A stretch of 51,474 nt of DNA, counting the filler, from Circinaria calcarea (taxonomy: Eukaryota): NCBI GenBank assembly GCA_051942165.1. It is 3 parts of 3 records of this genome, joined end to end, with 100 filler letters (N's around TTAATTAATTAA, not from the genome) between each part and the next. Parts side by side here need not be neighbours in the genome. Positions count along the whole stretch, not along the records: positions 1 to 17,145 come from JAVECS010000284.1; 2 more parts are not named here. The stretch is one strand, 5' to 3'. The translations under genes and the position numbers were made by a program. Under the pieces are notes generated by a model, which made no database searches, was not told where the DNA came from, and worked only from the letters and a program-made list of their open reading frames with translations. This document shows, in pieces, positions 1 to 12,230 of the stretch. Each line of letters opens with the position of its first letter. The first letter of the stretch is position 1.

Positions 1-27
1 GCTTTACGTTCAGCTATCCAAGGAAGA

Positions 28-954
28 ATGAGTCGGCACCCAGGGCCATCGAAGAAGAGAATCGCCGCTTCTATCCGCCGCCACGAGAGAAACACACATG
101 CTTGGGTTTATCCGTTTGAAACAGCCATGTCAACTCCAGAGGTGTATAGTGAACCTGACATTTCTATTCCGTTAGTCGAAGTCTCCAGACAGGTACTCCT
201 CTTGCTAACTCTCAAAAGTATGTACGTCGATCGTTTGGAAGGAACTCCAGCCACCGAGTACTTCCAGGCACCCTTTCCCTTTATGCGTCTGCCAGCGGAG
301 ATACGAATCTTTATCCTTGACATCGCTTTGATCGGCGCGGTACAAACATGTGCTCGGAAACCCTCGCACAGTAATGAGGAACAGCCTACCAGTGTGGCAA
401 TACGGAATGTAGAAGCTCAGACCGGATTAGCTTTGACCCTTACTTGCAAGCTGCTCCACAATGAGGGGATGCCGACCTATTATGGTCGCACCACGTTCCA
501 GTTCTACAGCCTAGGAGTGTTTCGTAGATTCCTTGCGGCGATCGGACCCACCAAATACCATTGCATCTCTTCTATCCGCTTCAAAGCAACCGATATGCTC
601 ATGTGGCAGATCTTGGTTGGACTGAGAAGTCTTAAGCTGCTGAGATTCGAGCTCGATGAGGGGTTCTCCTCGCCTTCCTGTCCTGGGTTGAGCACGAAAC
701 TGGAAGAGTTATGTCAGAACTCCGAATCCCTTCAGCGTATTGAGATAGCACCCTTTGCTCCTAGTCGCCCCATGTGTCGCTGTGGGGTTACTTATATGAG
801 GTCTGTCGATCAACAGCTTGTAGCTCGTATGAATAAAATCTTGGCTGCCAAAGGTGCGAGTGGCATGGAGGATCTCAACAAGAAACTGGGAGAAGCCTCA
901 CTAGTTGGTCGTTTGGACGAATCCGTTCACAAGGCCCGGTTTCTGACATTTTGA
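28..954 (+). CDS. F-box-like (2EXR/DUF7730-type) hypothetical protein, paralogue 1; probable in-frame intron 171-218
   Basis: Open frame of 308 codons with an F-box-like motif PFPFMRLPAEIRIFILDIAL, followed by YYG..TF.F and FL..IG blocks typical of these fungal proteins. 171-218 reads GTTAGT...GCTAAC...AAG (48 nt, in frame), so it is probably spliced. Confidence 0.7.
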   Translation: MSRHPGPSKKRIAASIRRHERNTHAWVYPFETAMSTPEVYSEPDISIPLVEVSRQVLLLLTLKSMYVDRLEGTPATEYFQAPFPFMRLPAEIRIFILDIALIGAVQTCARKPSHSNEEQPTSVAIRNVEAQTGLALTLTCKLLHNEGMPTYYGRTTFQFYSLGVFRRFLAAIGPTKYHCISSIRFKATDMLMWQILVGLRSLKLLRFELDEGFSSPSCPGLSTKLEELCQNSESLQRIEIAPFAPSRPMCRCGVTYMRSVDQQLVARMNKILAAKGASGMEDLNKKLGEASLVGRLDESVHKARFLTF

Positions 955-1619
955 ACAGGCTTCTAACTCACAATCTTCTTCATGATATAGCAGAAAGTCT
1001 TAGTTTGCCTCGATTAGGGCAATCTTGTTGTTCCGCCTCTCCTTGCTGGTAAGGCTCTGCTGAAATGATGTGAAGGCATGATGTGGTAGGTTATTGTGGT
1101 TGGATACGAGAGTCGCTTTCATTTTAGCGGAGGAAGATCTCAAGAACAGTGTCGTGATGGTGGGAAGACTAAGAGAGATGTTAGAAGACCTTTGACGATG
1201 GTAGTAAAGAATGTCTGACGACTTCTCTTCTATTTTCCTTCTTGTTCTTCAACATCTGTACGTAGTTTGTCATGGTGCGATCTCTAACTGTTCAGCTCAA
1301 TGAATTACTTGCCAACCTCCATTTCGTTAGACTGCATGCAGCTCGGTTATGATAAGGTGAAAGCTCTTCCTTGCATATGCTCGCCTCTCCTATTTTACTC
1401 TCGTCTACACTAATCTATCTATACGTTCACTCAGGCAGACTCAGATTGTAGCTTTTGTGCGCTTCGAAGCGAAAAGCGAGACGCGCTAAAATGATACAAC
1501 ACTGGGTCCCGTTGATATTCATTACTTATCTGTGTCATCTCTATAGTAATGTCTACATAGCTCCTTCATAACCAAGCTCTTACTTCAAGTCAGACGGTCT
1601 TTGGCATAACTATCACATC

Positions 1620-2538
1620 ATGCTGTCTCGAAAGGCAAACCACATTCTGATCGAGAGCCAAGTCCATATTGGAGAATTCGAAGAGCGGCTGGCGTAAGGC
1701 TTGGATCAACGCTCACGCGCAATTGGACTAATCTTTAGCAAGCAGCAGTGCGTTTGGAATACCAGCAGCAAGCAGCAATGCAACCGGCCTGCAAGCAGCA
1801 AGTATCAGCGCCTGGGAGACAGCAGTAAAGAAACGTCGCAATGCAACATCATCTTCAACACCATTCCCATTCCTGAACCTACCACTCGAGTTGCAAATCC
1901 TCATCTATGAATACACCGTTGGAACTGCTCTCCCAATCCGTGTCGGCGAAAAACAACAAGTCGACGGACAGCCAAGCGGGCGGCGTGGTCGACCGAGATA
2001 TCGCTCTAAGCTGGATCTAACTGACAGCTCAAACGCCCGCGCTTTACCTCAAGCATGTCGATTGGCATATCACAACATCATCAACAGTTATTACGGCCTC
2101 AACAAGTTTGAGTTCTGCAATAGAAAGTCCTTCGTCAACTTCACCGACACTATCGGCACCCTCAAGTGCAACCTGATCACATCGGTCGCATTCGAGTCGC
2201 CCTCTTTTGTCCATTGGCAAACACTCACGGGAATGCAGCGACTCAGGAATGTGAAAGTTTGTTTCTCGGTGAAAGCGACCTACGGGACCCTCAGTATCCA
2301 CCATAAAAGGTTACTTCAGCTATGTCGAGCCTCTAAGTCACTGAAGCGTGTGGAACTCGAACTTGGCTTGAAGCTATCTCTAGACGGACCCTTTTTTTTC
2401 CGCGATGAAATGGCCGAGAAACAGGACGACTTTAATCGCTGCGTGGTTGAACTCGCTGCCATTCTTCAAGAAAAACATAACGGTGGCAGCACCGGGTTGG
2501 TCTCCGCTACAAGCAGGATCGTCTTCGTGATTCCATGA
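1620..2538 (+). CDS. F-box-like (2EXR/DUF7730-type) hypothetical protein, paralogue 2; exons 1620-1693 and about 1743/1746-2538
   Basis: The frame of ORF 1891-2538 extends upstream through PFPFLNLPLELQILIYEY (from 1861). ATG 1620 joins it via intron GTAAGG (1694)...ACTAAT...AG (1742 or 1745). Co-linear similarity to the gene at 28-954. Confidence 0.65.
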
Positions 2539-5500
2539 GACTTACTCGCAGTCTCCCCAAGTCCTGGTTGTACTCCCTCCATGTCTTGACTTGCAGGAAG
2601 CCCTAATAGCTAACAGTTCTGAGGCTACCGCTACGCTTCCTTTGAAGTCCGAAACTGGTGTCCTGTACTTTGGTTACTGTTCAGTCCTCTTGTTCTCATA
2701 TTCTCATGTTGTGTCCTGGTCAGTCGGTTTTGGCAGTACAGGAGGAGAATCTCTGATGGCTAAACTTCTAAGCAAGAGACTACTCATGGAGATTGTACTT
2801 GGTGGAAGCAAGATTGGATTGACGGATAGTTAGGAAAGCATTTCGCACTTACGGAGTAGCTTAGGGTAAGAAACCCAATCAGGGGTTTCAGATCCGGTTG
2901 CTTTCAGCTACCAAAAACCAGATCATACGTTTGACACAGTTCATTCACTTCAACAACTCCAATACCCGTATCTAGTAGATATCCATAGGTTTTTCTTGTC
3001 GGCCCCGTTCCGACTCGGACTTGGCACAGATTCTACTCTGTGCTGCTCACACCCCCTTCCTAACCATCTCTACAAGAGAGCAACGCTATCACAATTTCGT
3101 GAGGCCAACATTTACCCGAGAGCTAAGCTACTACTGGCCATAGAAGTGACGAGTCCATTAAATCGTAACCTTGTGAGATGGCACGTCACCGGGAGAGATG
3201 ATGAGTACGCTTGCTTCATTCCATACTAATCTTGTGGAACTCGGGAAATGTTTTTCTCGAGCAGAGAGCCCTTGTTTCCATCTCTCCCTGTTATCCCTTC
3301 TCGGTGGATTGATGCTATATCCATTGTACATGTAGCTTTCCTAGCTCTGCGTATGGTACCTCTATCATCTATCGATGAGCATCCTTTACTGGTTGTAGAA
3401 TACGTCATCCCGCCACACCAGAGCTAGGCTAGGCCTACCGTAGAACGGTCAATTAAGCGGGTTCAGGGTCCTAAGCTAAGGGTCCACGGCTGATGTTGAA
3501 TCGTTCGGATGAAGGGCTTAAGGCGGACACTGGGCCGAGTTGTCTGCACGAGCAAGAATGGGGATTGAAATGACATGAGCTCGAAGGCTCATTTGACAAC
3601 CTTGACCGTCTCATAAATGCTGCGGATAGAAATATACGCCTGAGGTAGATTGGGAGCAGATGTTAAATGCAAAGAAGAATAGCTGAGGGGACACTATTAT
3701 AGTCTGGGTAGGTGGAAACAGGGCACCTACTAACGCTAATCACGAGAACGATGATATTGTTAAGGAAAGTGGGAAAGGAAGGCTCCTAAAAGATAGAGCT
3801 TTCGCTTGCAAAGGATAAAAATAAATAAATAATTCTGGTTGAAGAATATTCGAATGAAGAGAAGTCGTCCGATGGAAGAATCCACCACAAACTCCAGCAA
3901 TACGAGTAGGAGAGCGATGTCTGTTTCAAGAAGCGGTGGAAGTCTCGTCTCCCTGACCATGAGCTCCCGGGGTCTTCGATAGCTCTTCGACCTGGGAACG
4001 GAGAAGAAAAGACAAGTTGAGGGCTGAACGGTGATCGACTCAATAATCGCGCCCAACGTCCGGGGTTACATCAACGGCGTGTCTATTGGGTGGACTCTGC
4101 TAGATTAGGTGCACTCCGGTGATACCAGTACAGCGGAGATTACTGTAAGACATACAACTAGATCCCGAAACTAGTTCCCGTACACGAGCGAAGCTTGTAT
4201 AGCCTCAGAGCCTGGTTAGGTTCGGTGTCTAGAACGAATCACGGAGGTACAATTCTTATGGTGCACTGAGGAACCGGGCGTGTTCTAGATGATTGGCTGA
4301 GTGTACTCACCCTAATGACAGAGAAAACACGGAGCGGTTGTCGATTTGATTGGCAGCTGGATGCCAACAATTCCATGTAATGGCTGCCAACATGCAGGAA
4401 CACTCTTGGCAAGGCCATTACTTGACTGCACCATGATGGCCTGATTGATCTGCGATACCGGACATTGCTGCTCTCGTCATGGTATACCGTAGTAGGCCTT
4501 TCTTGTATGATGCTGAATGCCCTGTGCCTAACAAGTGCAGTTCTGCGGTCCCGCGGGTCGTTGGCCATTGGCTTCCCCAATAGGTGTGCGCTCCGACGAA
4601 CATGCAATGCTATGTTGAACACACGAATTGAAAGATCGGCTGCGGAGAATGCGATGATTGTACAATTTGCGTACATAAACAGGCTTCGGAGACGCAGGGA
4701 GGATGCTTTGAGAGCAGCAGATAGGATTCTGGTTGGCGACCGGTTACTTGTTGACCTCACGGAGACGCAAAGGCTAAAACTGGCACGGCCAATGAATCAG
4801 TTGCTTCCCTACCATAATGGAGGTCACGGAGAGCCTTGTGCATCTTCCTGTGCTGTGGACGGTGGAAGTCACACCGACCAATCCTTTCATAGAATAGTCG
4901 TTAGGGCCTGAGAAGTAACTAAGGTACTCTAAGCCTGGCTCCCAGCTGTTCCTCAGGCAGTAGCAATTTGCTCAGATGGGCAATTCGAACATGAGCATTC
5001 GAAGCACTCCAATCGAGGGAATAGGCTAACGAATCTTATCTCGCCGAGCTAGACCGGTATCAGTCTACCATGACGCTGATCAACGGTGGCTACCGAGCCG
5101 GACGGACGCTAAGGCTCGGCCGGGGCGAAAATAGCAGCCTCTGGTCCGACGCCCCAGTCGATCCACAATGCTTGATCATGGGCGGCATCGAGTCCTGCGA
5201 CCTCGACAACCTATCACCGGCGCCTCCATCTCTATCGACCAATTGCCTCAGGAACAGTGCCGAAGAAAACAGCTCGCTGCCCGGTACGGAGCGGAACAGC
5301 AATTTTTCTCTCCTGACACCCATCGACTAAAGGTCCAGTTTCAACAATATTAATTCGTCCCTTGGAACAGGATTCTTTCACACCCCCATTGTGTTCTCGG
5401 CTCAACACATGTTATGATGTGGCAAACCCACCCTACCTCTGCGCAACATCGGCCCGGCAGCCAACAAATTGGAGGAATCCCCGAACGGAACCATTCATAA

Positions 5501-6173
5501 TTGCCTGTATCTCCTGAGGGATATGGCGATGGCCTAGTCGGATGCACCCATATGTGCAGCAGTTACCGTCGCCCTCCACGAGACCGCCCGATAATTCGAG
5601 GGCTTGTAACGACGTCTAGTCCCTTTCGGGAAGCTCCCTTCCCAATCACATACAGAAGCAACCGTTGAGCTGTCCCTGCCGTGTCTATCGTATCCGCACC
5701 GCAAATTTCTACTCGACGTGAATGATACAACCTGCTCTGAATGGCCAATCTCCGCCTGCTCCTATCCTCTAGTTGAGCAGTGACGCTCCGAACCTATTCT
5801 GTGCGGAGGAATCGAAGACCGCTAACTTCCAGGCCACTTGCCGTTCGATGGTCTATAGATCCTTGCGGTATACGGTCATTGGACATGAACATAGCGAGCC
5901 TCATGCACAATTGACGGTCATCTTTTCTTCTTCAGAAGATGACGGTTTACACCTACAGAGGGCAGCATGCGGGGTTCCTCAGATGCCTGATGGAAACCGA
6001 CTATCATCTCCGAAGGTGGTCTGAGTGATTTGTATAAAGAAGACCTGAATGTCCACATCAAAAGACTAGCAGCAACCCAGTCATACTCCACTGTCTACAG
6101 CCAGCGCCAAATCCAGAGCCACTGTTGTCTGCTAAGTACCTGTCGAAATTCAACTCTCGAAAGCCTTTTCAAG

Positions 6174-7465
6174 ATGCCGTCCATTTACCAAGTCGCCGTG
6201 GCTGCGGGCCTTCTTTCGCTCGTTTCGGCTGTTCCCTTCAAGAGTACCTTTTCTGTTCCCCAGGTGGTCCACCGACCTGGCTTCAAGACCTCGGGCCCGG
6301 CGGCCATGGCCAAGACCTATGCAAAGTTCAACAAAGAGATGCCTCCGATGGTCGCCGCTGCTGCTGCCACTGCTGATGGCACAGTTCCCGCCAACCCAAC
6401 TCAGTACGACTCCGAATACCTCGAGGCGGTGACTATTGGTACTCCAGGTGTGACTCTCATGTTGGACTTTGATACTGGCTCTTCGGATCTGTGAGTTCTC
6501 TGCCATGGATTGAAACTTTCTGAAGCTAATAGTGATTCTTTCAGCTGGGTCTTCTCTTCCGAACTTGCAGCCTCTTCTCAGTCCGGCCATAGTATCTACA
6601 ACCCGGCCAAGTCGAGTACTGCCAAGGTTCTGAGTGGTTCGACCTGGAGTATTTCATATGGTGATGGTAGCAGCGCAAGTGGTGATGTCTACACCGACAA
6701 GGTTGCAGTTGGTGCTTCGGTTGTGACCACTCAGGCCGTCGAATTGGCTCAAAAGGTCAGCGCGTCATTTGTGTCCGATGCCAACGACGGCCTGCTCGGT
6801 CTCGGTCTTGACTCCATCAACACAGGTAGATCATTGGACTATCAATCGGTACTGTGACACCTGGCTAACCCATAGTAGTTTCACCCACCAAGCAAAAGAC
6901 CTTCTTCTCCAACGCCAAGGCAACTCTATCATCCCCTCTCTTCACCGTAAATTTGAAGAAAGGTGCCCCAGGTAGCTACGACTTCGGTTACATTGACAAC
7001 TCCAAATACAGCGGAAGTATCACCTACGTCAACGTGAAGACTTCCAACGGCTTCTGGGAGTTCACCAGCAACGGTTACGCCGTCGGTAGCGGTGCCTTCG
7101 TCTCCTCATCCATTGATTCCATTGCCGACACCGGGACCACCCTTCTCTACCTCCCGCAATCCGTCGTCGCCGCATACTATGCCAAGGTATCCGGTGCCAA
7201 ACTCGACAGGAACCAAGGCGGATACACTTTCCCCTGTAGTGCGACTCTCCCAAGCATCACCCTCGGTATCGGCTCCTACAAGGCTGTGGTTCCCGGCAGC
7301 TACATGAACTACGCACCCGTCTCCAATACGGTTTGCTTCGGTGGTATCCAGTCCAATACGGGTATCGGGTTCTCCATCTTCGGCGACATCTTCCTCAAGT
7401 CCCAGTTTGTCGTCTTTAGCGCCGGCTCCACTTATCAGCTCGGATTTGCTCCCAAGCCGACCTAA
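6174..7465 (+). CDS. pepA: Secreted aspartic protease, aspergillopepsin/endothiapepsin type (peptidase A1), 394 aa; exons 6174-6490, 6545-6825, 6879-7465
   Basis: Signal peptide ([19 protein letters not shown]) and propeptide. Both catalytic motifs [10 protein letters not shown] and IADTGTTLL are present, plus flap ISYGDGS and C-terminal [14 protein letters not shown]. Introns GTGAGT..GCTAAT..CAG and GTAGAT..GCTAAC..TAG restore the frame. Confidence 0.95.
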
Positions 7466-7947
7466 ATTGAGGAAATTCAAATGATGGGTGGGTTTATGGG
7501 AATAGGGACAGCTGGGTGTTGGGGCGATTAGATGCTAAAGGCTGGGTTATGGCTTGGGCTTCTATTTCTAATGATTTACATGTTTGTGGAATGTAATTGT
7601 ACTGTTTGCATGCATAGAATTGTATTTGTGATGAGGTTTCTCACGACATCAGTTAATGCAAACAATGAGAAACATGACTTTTCCACCCTCTCCCTCTGGC
7701 TCCGTGTCTCCTTTTTCATTAAGGTGACGATGCTCAGCCAGTTATCTAAAACACGCCCGGTTTCTGAGTGTACTACAGCGTTGATTTAACCGCCGACGTT
7801 AAATAATGATATAGGTTGCTTGGTCCTCATCTAGCCCTTAATTCCCTTCTACCTGATTACTGTTATCTTCTACACGAGTGCTATATTATCCGTATATTAT
7901 CGTTCCAGTCGATGTGTATAGCTGCGCCGTTTACTATCCGGGTTTCG

Positions 7948-7975
7948 TTTTTTTTTTTTTTTTTTTTTTTTTTTT
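7948..7975. repeat. poly(T)28 run
   Basis: Read directly; lies inside an AT-rich degenerate segment. Confidence 0.9.
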
Positions 7976-8842
7976 CCTTGTCAGTATCTGATAAAGATTT
8001 TAATTAAGTCGTTATTAAGAAAGGCCTTTATTATATACAATAAAGAGCTCCGCGTCGTTCTCACTGCGATCTTCTTCTTGATTGCAGTCCTTTTATGTCG
8101 GGTAATTACTCTATTATTTTTCGCTAGATGTATTTCAGTGGCATCGTGAAGATGTTCCTTTGGTAACCTCTTTTTCGCTCTTTTTTACTGTTAGTTTATT
8201 AAATAATTTATTGTTTTATTTCTTCATTATGGTTTCCCTGCTTGCTGAACTCGGAGCGGAAGTTGTGGATTGGCCGAGCTTGCCCCAGTAGGATCCTTTC
8301 CAGATTTTTCATCCATACTTATTCCGACCCTGGCCGCGACCTTCAAATCTTCCTGGCCGCCCGTCTGAGTTTCCGATCTCTCATTCGAATATCAACCTCC
8401 TTGAGTCACGTATCTAAAACGGAACCGACCCTTAACTCCGTAAGCGAGCCCATATCAGCTCAATATTGAAAACAACACACAAACAGAGAGGCCAGTAGTA
8501 GGATGAGAATTTGCCCGGGATGATTTAAAACCGTATAGTAATTCCTACTAAAAGGACGTGTCTCCTAGATGTTTTAATAAGCAAGGCAAGCGCTGATACT
8601 TTTAACAGGGAGTCCACGAAAAATGCTGTGAATTCATCGCACGCGCCCCAGCCACCTTAGGCCGGATGTCTACAATGGTGTGGATGGATGATTGGCATGA
8701 TTGGCATGGCTGCGTGAGGGTAATCTGAGACGGCGTATGCAACCTGTGACGGATCGCTACAATGGGTCAGGATTAATATATTGTTTATGGTTTAGGCCAC
8801 CCCGAGTTCCGGCCAACTCATACAAATCTTTTCACAGCGTAA

Positions 8843-9085
8843 TGTTGGAATGTGGTGGAAGGTGTGGGTATGCGTACAGAGGTTCTACAAAACCGCGTAT
8901 TTCATGCAGGGTATTCCCGGAGGTTCGTTGAAACCTTTATATTTATATGTTTACTGCTCTATATCAATTGGGCAAGCTACAGGGTCATGACTATCATAAA
9001 TACTACCATAAACCCATAGTATTTCGATAACTTCAACCCATTCAATTTCCCTGCCAAAGGCTTAGGCATAACGTGACCGTAGGCT
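8843..9085 (+). repeat. Dispersed direct repeat, copy A (about 245 bp; partner 16095-16345)
   Basis: Co-linear blocks shared with copy B: TGTTGGAAT, TGGAAGGTGTGG, TATTCCCGGAGGTTC, AAGCTACA, TCATGACTAT, CATAAATACTAC, CCATAGTA, GCTTAGGCA, CGTAGGC. Confidence 0.85.
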
Positions 9086-9245
9086 TAATGGCTGATGCAT
9101 TAGCTTTGGGGGGGTTATTGTAGGCTTAACAACTCGAGAATGGGTCTGAGAAATTATTCAATAGCTATTTAGCTGTGCGCAGAGTTTGTATACTTTCCAT
9201 TCTCCTCCCAGATTCTATATAGGAATCAATCAATTCTTAATACAT

Positions 9246-10325
9246 ATGTCGACGATGAGGGCTCTACAACTCCAAAACGTCTCGAGATTCTTGTTCGCCA
9301 CTTTACCCACCAGATTATTCTCTCACATCAGTACTGCCTCCCCCATCACGAGCACGCCTCAGAGAAATGATGCAGCAAGCCAAATACCAGCTACGCCGTT
9401 CTTCTACTTTCCAGGCGGTCATTCAAGCAGAAAACATGATAGTTGGGTTCAATGGCCAGATTTTCGTCAATGTCGACACAGCGCCAGGATTATACCAAAT
9501 CAACCCTTTCCGCAATCAGGCCGGTAATGTTGCGTATCGGTTCGAAGGCTATATAGCCCTTTTTAGCATTATTTAAAAAAAAGGCACATATCTTTTTTAT
9601 ACCATTGCGTCCAATTTCTAGGGTCTCCCAGATTACTACGGCTATGAAGGCTCTGTCAGTATTTTCGAAGTCGACTTACGAAATGTTCCGCATCCCATAA
9701 TCTCTCGGAGCGCTGTGAAAGTGTCAAAGATCCTTGATATTCCACAAGCGCAACTACTCGATGGTCTCAATGTCCTGAACCAATCCGACGGTTTCTTTGT
9801 GAGTGGTGATGCGCAGACGGGGACGCTCTATCTGATAGACGTACGGAAGCATATAGCCGAGGCGGTACTTCAACATGAATTCTTCGATGGCACCAGCCAC
9901 GAGGTCGCAGCCGGACTCGGCCACGTGGCGTGGGCATCAACGGCCTCAAATTTTATAATGGCGATTTGTATTTCGCAAATACCGTCAGAGGTCTCTACGG
10001 TCGAGTGCCTATCAATAGTACTACTGGCAAGCCAACAGGCAAGCCATCTACCCTCGCAGATTATGGGACCTATCTCGATGATTTCAGCTTCGAATCTTTC
10101 GGAAATCAATTCATTTCGGATGACAAGAATAGGGTTTCGTTGAGGCTTGGGGACACCGCTGCGGCAGAAACTAATTAGACAAGATTGCTGAGTCTACTGC
10201 CCGGTACCGACTCGAATGCATTCGGAAGAACTGCGCGTGATAGATGTACTTTATATTCGACATTCGCTGGAGTACCTTCTGGAATTGCGGCAATCGATGT
10301 CGGGAAAGCGGGCTTTTGCAATTGA
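9246..10325 (+). pseudogene. Disrupted six-bladed beta-propeller protein (SMP-30/gluconolactonase-like; family containing AsR5/EupF-type hetero-Diels-Alderases)
   Basis: Joined frames give AENMIVGFNGQIFV..APGLYQINP, QAQLLDGLNVL..FVSGDAQTGTLYLID, GINGLKFYNGDLYFANT..YGRVPI, LDDFSF and AFGRTARDRCTLY. Lesions: frameshift near 9420, stops at 9574, 9619 and 10176, and a 5-nt duplication frameshift at 9924-9933. Confidence 0.8.
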
Positions 10326-11285
10326 TCGAATGGTAGCTTTGAGTGTGATATCTACGGAACCAAAAACCTTCGCATCCCCTCCTTTGCTTGGGCTTAGTGA
10401 TAGTGGCAAGAGCTTTTCTTATGGTTAGTGCACTCTCGTTCTCGAAGTCGGCTTGTCGTTTGCCAGCTCTCAAGGAGACTCTCGATCGTAACGTTGGGCT
10501 GCAGTCTCGTCGGAGAAGTTAGGGGAACCTGCAGAATCCTCCTCGACAGCAAGGCATTGGTACCGTTCTACCAAAATCCTCGCCGGCTACGTCATAATCC
10601 TACCACCGGTTGAAAGGCAATTGTAACGGGACGAATTCCTGGGGAATTAGCGAATCGCATTTCAGCTACTACTTAACAAAGTGGTGTGAGCGAAATCGTT
10701 CCACATCGAAACTGTGCTTTGACATTGCAGCCTAGGCTGCGTGCTTGCTAAGTACATAGATAGAGCTAGGCTCCGGGATTTGTGTAGAATGGGAAAGATC
10801 GTTCAAGCAATACAAGGATACGACGTTTCCAGGTCGTTGCCACTGCAGTAATTTGTGGCGATGATACGTTGGTAGCTCTCAGACTCGTTCACGCACAAGG
10901 GGCTTGCATATTTGCCAGGAAGGTGTGGGAGGTATCGTTTTTATTAGCCAGAGAAAAATCTCCTTGTTTTCGAACACTAGCTTCTCGGTGCAGCCAGGTT
11001 GTGCGCCTAGATTTACGTCTCATTGCAGTGAATATTCTCCGACTATTCACCTTCCAAGTCATGCTGCGGCCTTCCAGTTCACCTACCATCTCTGCAGGTT
11101 GCATGATGCAGAGGGAGTGCATATTTACTGAAAAAATACTATATCGAGGATATGGGTTTATCCACCATAGCTGTGCTATTACAAGTCTCAGCTGGCCGGC
11201 GAAGTATACTTCCGGCTTTCATGAATCAAAGCGAGTGGATGGAAAGCTCGCTTAGAGCTTCCAAATGAAAGAGAAAGCCAAAGTT

Positions 11286-12230
11286 TCATCCAAGTACCTT
11301 CTGCCCAAATTCTCGTACCTTTGTGACCAGACCCTCAGTCCATGTCAAATGTGGCGAGTGTCCAGCTGGACACCTAAAAACAGTTAAATCTACACCAGGT
11401 CTCTGACTCTGCATCGCAACCATCCCGTCCTGATAGGCCACCGGTAAAGCTAAGTCATCTTCTGTCACCAGATAGGCGCAAGGTAGAGCCGTATAAGCAT
11501 CGTTGTTTAGCACGGTCGTGAAGACTTGGGATGCCGTTAAGGTCGCCTCATAGTGTTTGGCGGTGGCCTCGTCTAACCCGTTGAAGAAATATTTTGCCCC
11601 CTCGTTCGTGGACGCGAGGCCACTCAAGCCATTTTTCTATGTGCAACAACGTATTAGCCAGTGCTTGAGTCCGTAGAAAGTGAAAAGAGCTAGGATTCAG
11701 TGGTTACTGGCGAACATGTTGGGTAAACCTACATGAAAACGGCAGTATGGCGGGATCAGGGGTTCGCTTCTGTCCTTGGGCTGGAAAAAGCTGTGCACAG
11801 ACTCGCCGACTGGAACCAAAAACCCGCACTCGTAGAAGATACCTATGATTCCTCCCGAGGCACCCTTGGCCTTTCGAATCTTCGCTTGGAGTTCCGGGAC
11901 AGCCACCATTGTAGCTGTAAAGGCACCGGATGAATGTCCAATTAGAAGGACGTTCTTGCCTGACTCAAGAATGAGCTGGCTTAAGAGCTCGTTGAGGACT
12001 TCTGCATCGTCGGCTGGCTGCGGATATCCATTCGGTGGTGGATCTTTGTCATAATCCGGTTTGGATGTTTCCCCAACGTTGAGTCTGCGGAGGTCGGACG
12101 AGGGCAGCTGTGGGCAGTACGCCTCAATACCCTGCGCCTTTAGAGCGGCGATAAAAGGTTGATATGGTTCAGGGGTGTGGTAGGAGCCATGGCAGATGAC
12201 TACTACGAATGAAGCCTCGGTCAAAGACAT
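11286..12230 (-). CDS. Alpha/beta-hydrolase fold protein (AB-hydrolase-6-like esterase), 282 aa; exons 12230-11733, 11636-11286
   Basis: VVICHGSYHTP oxyanion region, GHSSG nucleophile elbow, EDDLAL acid and C-terminal AGHSPHL histidine. Phase-0 intron 11732-11637 (GTAGGT..GCTAAT..TAG) joins the two ORFs. Confidence 0.9.

Noticed and set aside
9246..12230. Alpha/beta-hydrolase and beta-propeller as tailoring genes of the PKS-NRPS
   Set aside because: Different contig, two artificial joins away; no linkage evidence.
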